From positions 20,770,001-20,834,000 of the forward strand of contig NC_086104.1 in NCBI RefSeq assembly GCF_963921235.1: 64,000 nt of DNA. Direction: 5' to 3'. This document shows positions 12,001-24,000 of the stretch, piece after piece. A model generated the notes under the pieces. That model had not been told where the DNA came from and searched no databases. It was given only the letters and a program-made list of their open reading frames with translations. The translations under genes were made by a program, and so were the position numbers. Every line of letters starts with the position of its first letter. Position 1 is the first letter of the stretch. Origin of the DNA: Mobula hypostoma. Its lineage: Eukaryota.

Positions 12001-15000
12001 AGCAGAGGTTGATAGGTTTTTGATTAGTCAGGGCGTCAAAGGTTTCAGGGAGAAGACAATAGAACTTCTAAGAAAATAAGGGGTGTTATTGTGTCTTCTT
12101 TCTAATAGCACTTGCGTGCTGAACCCAAGACAGATGCTCTGAAATGATACTGCCAAGGAAATTCAAAGTGCTAACTCTCTCCACTGCTAAGCCCATAATA
12201 GGACCTGGCTCAAGGACCTCCAGTTCCCTCCTCCTGTAGTTAATTATCAGTTCTTTGGTTTTGCTGACATTGAGTGACAGGTTATTGTTGTGGCACCATT
12301 CAGTTTGATTTTCAATGTCCTTCCTATAGTGCTACTTCATCACCACCTTTGATTTTACCAACAGTGGTGTTGTCAGCGAACTTAAATATGGCATTGGAGC
12401 TGTACTATTGTCACATTGTCTTTTCAAATACAACAGAAACTTACAAAAAAAAAATGGAAACAATGCATCAAAATTCACACATTATTAAGTCACCACGTTT
12501 TACCTGTGGACTATGCTGACAAGTGCCATGAGGACTGGTTCCCGAGAAGAATCTCACTAATACGTGAATCATGTTTGGATCTGACACCATCACATGCGCT
12601 GTATTTTCTTGCAAAACAATACTGTTACTTGGAGCAACTGAAATAGAAATTCAGTCAATCAAGCTGCTGATGTCTTTAACAAATAGTAACAATCTACATA
12701 TTGAACTCTGTACATCTACATTGAACTTACCTCTTCTCACTTCACATGCTTGCCCTTTGGATTCAGACATAATTATCTAAGGATGTCTAAACTCATGAAA
12801 CAAGTCACTGCTTACCAATTTTATTTTCCAGTTGAGGCAAAAGAAATTAAAACAACTGGATCATACCAAAATTAGTTATTAAATATAGAACTAAATTAAC
12901 AAACTTATTTTTGAGAGCAGCTACTAAATCTTTTGTTACAACAGAATATTATGCATTGAACAGGTCTTTTATTCAAGCATGTTTTCTGTAGCAATTTGCT
13001 CCACCTACTCGTATAACATTTCTCTTTCACTGGGATTCTAAAACCCTATTTGTCATCTTTGAAAATCTGCCTTCTTACCATTCTGCTCAAAGTGGAGCTA
13101 ATCTTTATAAAAATAAAGAGTAAAATTTTAAATTGTCTCTATCTTTAGTACTGTTGATGTGTCTTAGTGCTTTAAAAACAGAAATGTGTTGGAGGTTTAC
13201 AAGAAGTCCATGACTCGATGAAGCAAAACCCAGAGTACTAATTTAGACTATGAGACAGTGATACCGTGTTTTAAATGTACATTTTTCATCTGGATTAAAA
13301 AAAAAACAATTCACAATAATCTAACAGGACCATAGATAAACAACTGGGACAAGTGGCATTGGAACCATCCAAAGGGCCATATCACTGAAACAAGCGGATA
13401 TTTATCATAGAACTTTAAACCAATAGTGCAAGAATATCATTCAAGGTTTAGCTCAGTAAACCAAACTGATTCAGACTTCCATAAAGTCATCATGAAACCT
13501 CTCAACACTACTTTTAAAAATAGTAACTAACTTTCCCATTGTTTTTTTTTAATCCTTTTTCTAAAAGCAACTCAAACAAACTTTTTAAAATTGCAATTAT
13601 AATTGGCACTGCAGAAAAGAGCTCAAATTGTAACCTGGCAAAGACAAAACAAAGCTGGAGGCTCCTTTCATTCAGGAGAGCTCAAAAGAGGTGGTAAACC
13701 AAACTATCCTTCATGATGTATGGAAATGAAATCGAGTTATTAATGCTACAGAATATGAAAGAGAATTGCCAACAAAGTGCACTTACCATTCAATTGCATG
13801 TTTGTCATAAGAGTAAGACTATGCAACACAAGGCACCAAGTCCGCAGGGAAGTGTTTGGGTACCAAGCCAACACAGTTAAGAGGCTGGATATTGAAGCTG
13901 CAATTTAAATGATAAGGGGTAATTTCAGAAACATTCAAAATTTGCATTACACCGAGATATGAGATTCCAGCAGCAAATTAATACAATTTTAAACTCAGTT
14001 ATTCAAACAAAATTTATCAATCCTTCAATACATTATTTAAAAAAAGGAACCAGTTTCTGCTTTTGTAAGAAGCTGCTCACCTTGATTTAAAGGGATTATC
14101 GGAACTCTGCTTGCATTAAATAAAAAAGCATCAGCTCCAGTATCTTCACTCCCAACAGAACAAGCATTCATGCTCAGTGTAAGCCATAACTGCAGCAATG
14201 ATTCCAACTGAAACAAAATTAAAAACTGCATTAAAAGTGAGAAAGGAGAAACTGCAGACTAAAATTAGTACACAACAGGAATTCTGCAGATGCTGGAAAT
14301 TCAAGCAACACACATCAAAGTTGCTGGTGAACGCAGCAGGCCAGGCAGCATCTCTAGGAAGAGGTGCAGTCGACGTTTCAGCTCTTCCTTCAGTTAGTCC
14401 TGACGAAGGGTCTCGGCCTGAAACGTCGACTGTACCTCTTCCTAGAGATGCTGCCTGGCCTGCTGCGTTCACCAGCAACTTTAGTGTGTGTTGACTGAAA
14501 CTAGTGATAGGATTTGTTTTTCATACCTGAACATGGTGAACTTGCAGCATAGAGAATAGTTTGTTGAAGCATGCACTTAGCATTGGAATTGATGGTGGTG
14601 GCATAATCAGCTGACCAGATGAATGCAATCCTCTCAGCAAGGAGTCATCAGTTCCGGGAGGAGGCTGAGATACTGAAGTAATTAAAATTAAAAGGAGATT
14701 TTCATTTTTTGTTACTATTGGCATGTTTCCTAAAACTTAATGCAGTCCTCAGTTCTCTGCAGCTGGTGAAATACAATAGAAAATCTACTTTCACTCTTCC
14801 ATTCATATTAGTGGGCAGAGTCACAATGCAGATTGGCAATTTTGGCTCTAATAACTTACTACTCATTAGCAAGCATTTATTTATCCCAGTATTTTGTATT
14901 CACGAGACCTAAACAAGCTAGATATATCATTCCATGAGGAATTTTGCATTTGAGGGCTTTAGCATGTCCAGTATTACATAATCACTTGTGTTGGCGCCCA

Positions 15001-18000
15001 TCTCATATCCCTTTGCGGAAAAGTACTCCAAAATGGAATTGTTTGCAAAATACAGCAAACTCCAAAATAATTTGCCCCATTAGCAATTTGGTGACACCAG
15101 TGCATGCTTAATTGGATTAATTATCCTGAACGCTTTATGAAGCATTCTCCATATGGAAGGTCAAATATCATTTAAGTACTTTTCACCGATGCAAAGAGCT
15201 TCCAATACAGAGCATCACAGAAGTATAATCACGATACAAGTACCCATTTCTGACTTGACAATGAGTGCATTGGAACCAAAGATACAGCATGAATCCAGAC
15301 TCCCCAACACCATAATTATGAGTCAAACTAATAATGTCATCCCTAAAATGTGGCAATATTTAGAGCACATCACAAAGCCAAGCTACTTTATGTATTAATC
15401 TGCCCTCCCAGTTAATTAGATTGATTTTTAAATCTGCAGGAGTCAAAATAACAAGAATACAAGAGGCAAATTTAGGGAAGTTGAAGTGCTTTCAGGAAAG
15501 CCTTCCTCACAAAAAGAGCAATGCAAGTCATAATTTCCTCCCATATCTAAGGTGAATTTAGAATTTCAAAGTATGCATTGCCTCAATCTTTATAAAGGGA
15601 CGCATATTGCAGAATATGCAATAATGTGGGTAAATAAGACTTACAGAGCAGCAGCCAAATAATGGATTAGACTAACTTCTTTCCTTACATTCCTATTATT
15701 AAACACTTTGCTCTAGTGATATATTCTGTATTCAGGAGAACTAAACAAGCCAAATGTCTAACCTGTGGGAGATGTATTAGTGAGAGCCTGAAGAATGGAA
15801 TCTGCTTCCAGAGTGGCCATCATCTTCAACATAAGCTCAGCTTGCTGCTCCAGACCAACCTCCAGACGAGCATCCAGTGCTGCGTTGCAAACAAAAACAA
15901 ACCTATTTTGTCTGTTTTTAGCTATTAACTTGGTGTCAAAGCGCAAAACAAAATTTAAACATACAAACCTTGTGATACGGAAACGGATATACTTTGAGAT
16001 CCATTCTTCTCACTGGTAGGCGGTGGTTTAGGCATCTGAATTCCAACGCCACCAATATAAGGATTGTAACTGTAAGTGCCATAGTCCGTACCCCAATAAT
16101 CATACCAAGTACTGCTAATAGGCTTTTGTGAATAGAAAAATAAAATGTTGAATAATAACACTAATTTGTTTAATGACCATTCTCTACCACTAATATTTTA
16201 CTCGTAGTGATAGCATTATACACAAAGGTTTAAATTTAAAACATAACTTGCATAGTTACAAACATCCATAGATGAGAGCTAAAGTAAAAAGCAAACCTAC
16301 TCACTGCCCTGAAATAGCCCAATTAAAATCACCCAAGTTGTGCTCAACCTGATCCTCAAATTACTTACACAACCATTTAAATTATGTTGCCCTGGGCTCC
16401 CCAAACATAACTGAACTATATATTTATCAAATTGAACAAATATAATCTCTAATCAGAAAATCAAAAAAGGAATTCATAAGAATAGTCTGGAATGATAAAG
16501 CTGTGAATTGATCAATTTTAATTTAAATATATAGCCTATTAACTTCTCTTTCCAGATTTATCATTAATTTCTACTTCCTAGTGTACAGTTAAGTTACTGA
16601 CGCTCATTTAACAGTTTTGAGATTTTGCAAGACAAAATGGACGCGATAAGAGGGGAGAAAAGCAGAAGCCCACTCTGCCCAAGGCAACACAATGAAACCC
16701 ATTCCAGCAATAATAGCCAAATATTACGAATGAACTCTTCTCTGGCTTCCAGCCTGGTACAGATATTGATCATAGCCAATGTTTCAAAGACAAACTCAGC
16801 CATCTTCTTCAGGTATGTTGCCTAGGAATTCCAGTAGAATTTAGAAATGCTCAGTCATCATCCCCGTCATCGAAACGTTGGTTATAATCGATACCTGCAT
16901 CTGGCTGGAAGCCTGAGAAGAGCTTATTCGTCATATATGCCAGGAAAGCACGAGATCCTTTTTAACCAAATATTAGTTTTGCATGCAAAGATGAAATTTA
17001 ATTGTGGGTACTATACCTTGAACACTTTGGCAGCAAGGGGATCTTCATCAAAGTCAACATCTAGGGGACCAATATCAACATCCATCAGGTCTTGTAGCAT
17101 GTCAAAGTCTTTGTCTTTATCTTTTTCCAAAGATGATGCAGATGGAGCACCTTTGGATGATGAAAACAGCTTTAACATTGCCAAGTAGGTTAACTAATGT
17201 ATGGAAATGGACCACATACACTCACCAGGCAATTTTAAGGCTGTGCTTTTGTTTTTAATTTATAAAAACTGACAGTATAACTTGTTCTTAAAAATTATTT
17301 TTTAAAAAAAGGACAACCTGTCCATTAAATCACTCACCTGTAATATCTGGGGTTAAAGGTTCATCTATAGATTCCACAAGTGGAATTACAGATGGTTGCG
17401 GGATGGAATCATCGGAGTCAGTAACCGATGCCCCCACATCTTCACCTGTGGCTCCTTCTTCCATCGTGTCCACAATTACTGGTGACAATAATTCACCTAT
17501 TCCAAGTTTAAGCCAGTTGTAGAAGGTTACAACTTTTGAACAGAAATAAATATATACTACTTGCATGCAAAGCTACTCAAAAATCAACACAGAACGGATT
17601 GAATTTTGAGAAACAAAATCAAATTCAATCAGAGAAACTTTGAATAAGTTCACAAAAGGTTGATCAATTTTAAGAATAGTTGATTGACCTGTTGCATACT
17701 TCCAATAAAGGTAACTTAATATATGTGAATATAACAACAACTCAGTTTACCACTACACCTATGAGATTATAATCTTGAATCAGTAAAGTAATTCATTAAT
17801 TTTAGTTTACAGAAAATGATGGCCAATTGGGTGGCTCTGCAGTGCAGCAGCCTTACAGAGAGAGGAACCCTGGTCTGATCCTGACGTCAAGTACTGCTTG
17901 TACAGAGTTTCTGATCATAATGGTTTCAACCAGATACTTGCATTCTTCTACATTGCAGATATGATGGTAGATCTATTGGCTACAGTAAATTATCCCTTGG

Positions 18001-21000
18001 TATATGGAAGTGGCAAAAGAATTAAGGGGGAGATCAACGACATGCCAGAGAGAATAAGCTATCATGAAGGTAGGGCCAAGGAGCAGGAAGACAAGATATG
18101 AAAAGATGAAGAATATTTTTATTATGTGTACTTTATCTCAGAAACGATTCTTGCCACACAAGCCAATAAACATGCCTTCAACTACATTTACAGTCTCTGA
18201 GGGATCTGAAGACAGACACAGATGGAGGGTAAAGCGAGTCTGGAGAAAGCGTAACTGGTGGGGAGTGGGGAAAGTAGTCTGTTTTGTTGTACGTTAGCTG
18301 TGTGTTGTTCTGCTGAATATTCTGGACGTGCCACATTGGCACTGGGAGTGTGCTAACACTTGAGGGGTGCCCCCAGCACATCCCCAGACTGTTGATTGTT
18401 AACACAAATGATACATATATATTGAAACATGCAGTAAAATGTAACTAATCTAAAGTTCATCCACAATGTTAAAATTAGGCTTTTATGCAATACCTGAAGA
18501 CTTATCAAACAAAACAAATCATTTCTGAGGAAGAAACAAATGGATTTAATTTTTCTTGTTTCCTACCTGCCAAGATATCTTGAATCATACAGGTCAAAGA
18601 ATACTGTGCCCATGCTCCGCCCCAGGAGATATCTCCCCTGTTGAAGTCTGTTCCTACCAGCAGAAGCAGAAGTCTTTCGAGTTGCTGCTCATTAACTATT
18701 TCACAAAGATGAATTGTTGGCCTTGTAGCATTTGCAATCCGTGCCAAAACCTACCGAGAAAATCCAGAGGTCCATTTACTTCCAGTTACAAGGACCACTG
18801 CAAAGACTCCACCATGCTCGTCAGTCAAAATACAGACTGCAAATTATATTTTCCATGTCTGACATTGAATCAAGAAAATAAAAAATTTTAAATTGTACTT
18901 GTCTTAGTAAGACAATTGCAACTAGAAACACCAGAAAGCCAGCAGATGCTGGAGATCTGAGCAACACACGCAAAATGCTGGAGGAACTCAGCAGGCCAGG
19001 CAGCATCTATGAAAAAGAGTACAGTCAACATTCCGAACTGAAACCCTTCGTCAGTCTGCCAGGCCTGCTGAGTTCCTCCAACATTTTGTGACAATGGCAA
19101 GCAGTTTCATTTTCTCTATTTTCACATGTTGGGGAATTGAGATATCAGCTCAAAATTAGAGAAGGATCTTTCAATTATAACAAGAAAATACTACTCAACA
19201 GATATTTAGTACTATTATCAGACTGCTGTTTAATTGCTATTGTTAATAAAAAGTTAACAAAGAACAAGGAATAAAAGATAGTGCAGGGAATTAGGCCATA
19301 GACTGGTCATCTTACAGAATAACAATGGGCGTGATGAGCTACATTACTTTTAAGCAATGCTTAGACCCTTTAAATATCACACCATTTTATCTGGAAATCC
19401 CTCAGACCATAAAGGAAATACCAAATATAACTGCAGTCATTTGGCTGGAGTATCTGAAAGGATAGTTCAGTCATTAACCATAGCCAAATCATAACAAAAC
19501 AAAAAAAATTACTTAAATTTGAATAAAACTGAGTATTTGGGTGTAAGATTTGGGATGTCACACTGCACTCTGCAAGGCCACACTTGTTGTGCAGTTGATA
19601 TAGGAAGATTCAGATCAAGAAAGGGTACAGAGAAGGTTAACAAGAGGAGCTGAATAAACTAGGTCTGATTTCCCTGGAGGGAAGAAAGCTGAAAGGTGTG
19701 TAAAATTGTGAAAGGCATAGATAAAGTAGATTGTCAATGTCAGTCTCCCATGCTGGGGGATACCCAAAACTGGAGATTAAAAATAAAAGCAAGGAGACCA
19801 AAAGAAAATCTGAGGAGGAATATTTTCCATACTAAAAGTTAGTATTTGGATTGAGCTGCCAAAAGTGGTGGTGAAGTCAGAAAAAGTAATAATTAAGAGG
19901 CATTTGGATAGATACTTGCAGGGCATTGAGGGATACGTAATACAGATAAGTGGGATTAGTAGAGATCATCATGATAGCATTGACATCATGGTCTCAGAAG
20001 TAGCTTTCTATGCTCAACAACCCTGATTCAATTATAAATACATGGATACAGGTCTGTAAATAGCACTCAAATGGTAAATTGAGCCTTGAATTAATTAGTG
20101 GTTGCACTTATTGTGCAATTTTCTCCCATTTTTCTATCAATTACACTTCTATAGAAACCTCACTTAGCATTTCCACAAGTGCCTTTGCACACGTTTGCAC
20201 TTGCACAAATTTAAAAGGATCAAAAGAAAAGCCTTGCAGAAACTCCAGGTTATTTTTCTGCAGGAGAAGAATTCTGATTCACACACCTACCCGGCCAGGA
20301 TCAGTAAACTTAAAGGAAGAATCAATGTTATACAAAAGGATTTCTTCTACAGTCACTCCATTAAATAATATTTAAATAAGACCAGAAGATATAGGAGCAG
20401 AAATAGGCTATTCAGCCCATCAAGTCTGCTCCACCATTCACTCATAGGCTGATCCAATTCTTCTAGTCATCCCACTCCCCTGCCTACTCCACATACCCTT
20501 TGATGCCCTGGCTAATCAAGAACCTATCTATCTCTGCCTAAAATAAACCCAATGACTTGGCCTCCACAGCTGCTCGTGGTAACAAATTCCACAGATTTGC
20601 CACCCTCTGACTGAAGTAATTTCTCTGTATCTCTGTTCTAAATGGACGCCCTTCAATCCTGAAGTCATATCCTCTTGTCAAAGACTCCCCTACCATGGGA
20701 AATAACTTTGCCACTTCTAATCTATTCAGGCCTTTTAACATTTGGAATGTTTCTATGAGACCCCCCCTCATTCTCCTGAACTCCAGGGAATACAGCCCAA
20801 GAGCTGCCAGATGTTCCTCATACAGTAACCCTTTCATTCCTGGAATCATTCTCGTGAATCTTCTCTGAACCCTCTCCAATGTCAGTATATCCTTTCTAAA
20901 ATAAGGAGCCCAACACTGCACACAATACTCCAAGTGTGGTCTCACGAGTGCCTTATGGAGCGTCAACATCACATCCCTGCTCTTATATTCTATAGTTCCA

Positions 21001-24000
21001 GGAATGAATGCCAATATTGCATTCGCCTTCTTCACAACCAACTCAACCTAGTGGTTAACCTTTAGGATATCCTGCACAAGAACTCCCAAGTTCCTTTGCA
21101 TCTCTGCATTTTGAATTCTCTCCCCATCTCAATAACAGTCTGCCCGTTTATTTCTTCCAAAATGCATGACTATACACTTTCCAACATTTGTATTTCATTT
21201 GCCACTTCTTTGTCCATTCCGCTAAACTATCCAAGTCTCTCTGCAAGCTCTTTGTTTCCTCAACACTACCCGCTGCTCCACCAAATTTAGCCACAAGTCC
21301 ATTAATCCCATAGTCCAAATCATTGACATACATCGTAAAAAGCAGCAGTCCCAACACCGACCCCTGTGAAACTCCACTGGTAACTGGCAGCCAGCTAGAA
21401 TAGAATCTCTTTATTCCCACTCTGTTTCCTGCCGATCAGCCAATGCTCTACCCATGCAAGTAGTAACTTCCCTGTAATTCCAAGGGCTCTTATCTTGCTA
21501 AACAGCCTCATGTACACTTTGTCAACAGCTTTCTGAAAATACAAGCACACCACATCTACTGCATCTCCTTTGTCTACCCTGCTTGTAATTTCCTCAAAAA
21601 ATTGTGGTATATTTGTCAGGCAGGATCTTCCTTTCAGGAAACCACGCTAGCTTTGGCCTAGCTTGTCATGTGCCTCCAGGTATTCCGTAATCTCATCCCA
21701 AACAATCGATTCCAACAACTTCCCAACCACTGACATCAGGCTAACAGGTCTATAGCTTCCTTTCTGCTGCCTCCCACGCTTCTTAAATAGCAGAGTAACA
21801 TTTGCAACTTTCCAGTCTGAAATGTACATTTTCAGCACATCGAATGCTTAGACCACATACTTCTTACTTTATGATCTCTCAACTTTGTAACACTAGTAAA
21901 TTGATGCAACTTAAACACCTTCAGTTTCAAATCAATCATGTTTTTAAAGATTGTTTTCAAATATTTAAGATTGATTTCACCTTCATCGCAAAATTACTAT
22001 GAACACAGAACAATACTTTCCAAAACTGCTTCATTAATACTCCACCATACAATCAGATGTTTGATGATAATTCACTTCATTCCAACTAAATTTGGTGGAA
22101 ATGAGATTAAAGTGTGAGCAACACAAACACCTACGTCAGGATGCCATTCATCAACTATAGCTCAGCATTTAATACCCTCATTCCCACAATCCTGATTGAG
22201 AAGTTGCAGAACCTGAGCCTCTGTTCCTCCCTCTGCAACTGGATCCTCGACTTCCTAAATGGAAGACCACAGTCTGTGCGGATTGGTGATAACATCCACC
22301 TCGCTGACGATCAACACTGGCGCACCTCAGGGGTGTGTGCTTAGCCCACTGCTCCACTCTCTATATACCCACAATGTGCGGGTAAGCATAGCTCAAATGC
22401 CAACTATAAATTTGCTGATGATACAACCATTGTTGGTAGAATCTCAGGTGGTGATGAGAGAGCGTACAGGAGTGAGATATGCCAACTAGTGGAATGGCGC
22501 CGCAGCAACAACCTGGCATTCATCATCAGCAAGATGAATGAGCTGATTGTGGACCTCAGAAAGGGCAAGACGAAAGAGCACATACCAATCCTCAAAGGGA
22601 TCAGAACTGGAGAGACTGAGCAGCTTCAAGTTCCTGGGTGTCAAGATCTCTGAGGAACTAACCTGATCCTAACATATCGATGTAGTTATAAAGAATGCAA
22701 GATAGCGGCTATACTTTATTAGGAGTTTGAAGAGATTTGGCATGTCAACAAATACATTTAAAAACTTCTATAGTTGTACTGTGGCGCGCATTCTAACAGG
22801 CTGCATCACTGTCTGTTATGGAGGGGCTCGTGCATAGGACCGAAAGAAGCTGCAGAAGGTTGTAAATCTAGTCAGCTCCATCTTGGGCACTAGCCTACAA
22901 AGTACCCAGGACATCTTTAGGGAGCGGTGTCTCAGAAAGGCAGCATCCATTATTAATGACCTCCAGCACCCAGGGCATGCCCTTTTCTCACTGTTACCAT
23001 CAGGTAGGAGGTACAGAAGCCTGAAGGCACACACTCAGCGATTCAGGTACAGCTTCTTCCCCTCTGCCATCCTATTCCTAAATGGACACTGAATCTTTGG
23101 ACACTACCTCACTTTTTAAAAATACACAGTATTTCTGTTTTTGTACATTATTTTAAACCTATTCAATATACGTAATTGATTTACTTATGATTTTTTTTCT
23201 CTCTCTGCTAGATTATGTATAGCATTGAATTGCTACTGTTAAGTTAACAAATTTCACATCACATGCTGGTGATAATAAACCTGATTCTGATTAATGTAAA
23301 GTCATGCTTGATGATTAATGGTGGACTCAGTCATGGAAAATTACAGCACAGAAACAGGCTTTTCAGCCCATCTAGTATGTGCTGAACCATTTAAACTGCC
23401 TCGTCCCATCGACCTGCACCAGGTCCATAGCCCTCTGTACCCCTGTCACACGTACCTATCCAAACTTCTCTTAAATATTGACATCCAGCTCGCATGCACC
23501 ACTTACACTGGCAGCTCATTCCACACTCTCACAAACCTGAGTGAAATTTCCCCTCATGTTCCCCGTAAATTTTCACCTTTTACCCTTAACCCACGACCTC
23601 CAATTGCAGTCCCACCCAACATCAGTGGAAAAAGCCTGCTTGCATTTTCCCTATCCGTACCCCTCAATTTGTACACCTCTATAAATCTCCTCTAAATCTT
23701 CTATGTTCGAAGGAATAAAGTCCTAATCTATTCAATCTTTCCTTACAACTCACGTCCTCCAGAACTAGCAGGATCCGTGTAAATTTCCTGTGTACTCTGT
23801 CAACCTTATTTACACTCTTCCTGTAGGTAGGTGACCAAAACCACACACAATAATCCAAATTAGACCTCACCATCAGCACATACAACTTCAACATCCCATC
23901 TCCTGTACACAATACTTTGATTTATGAAGGCCAATGTACCAAAAGCTTTCTTTACAACCCTAACCTGCTGTGATGACACTTTCAATGAATTATGGACCTG

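Noticed and set aside
14146-14494. Two antiparallel ORFs (110 aa and 98 aa) with near-identical peptides
   Set aside because: Artefact of the DNA palindrome in the fold-back PLE insertion; not genes.
17820-18060. Possible tRNA gene
   Set aside because: Looks like a decayed tRNA-derived SINE head; no cloverleaf can be built.
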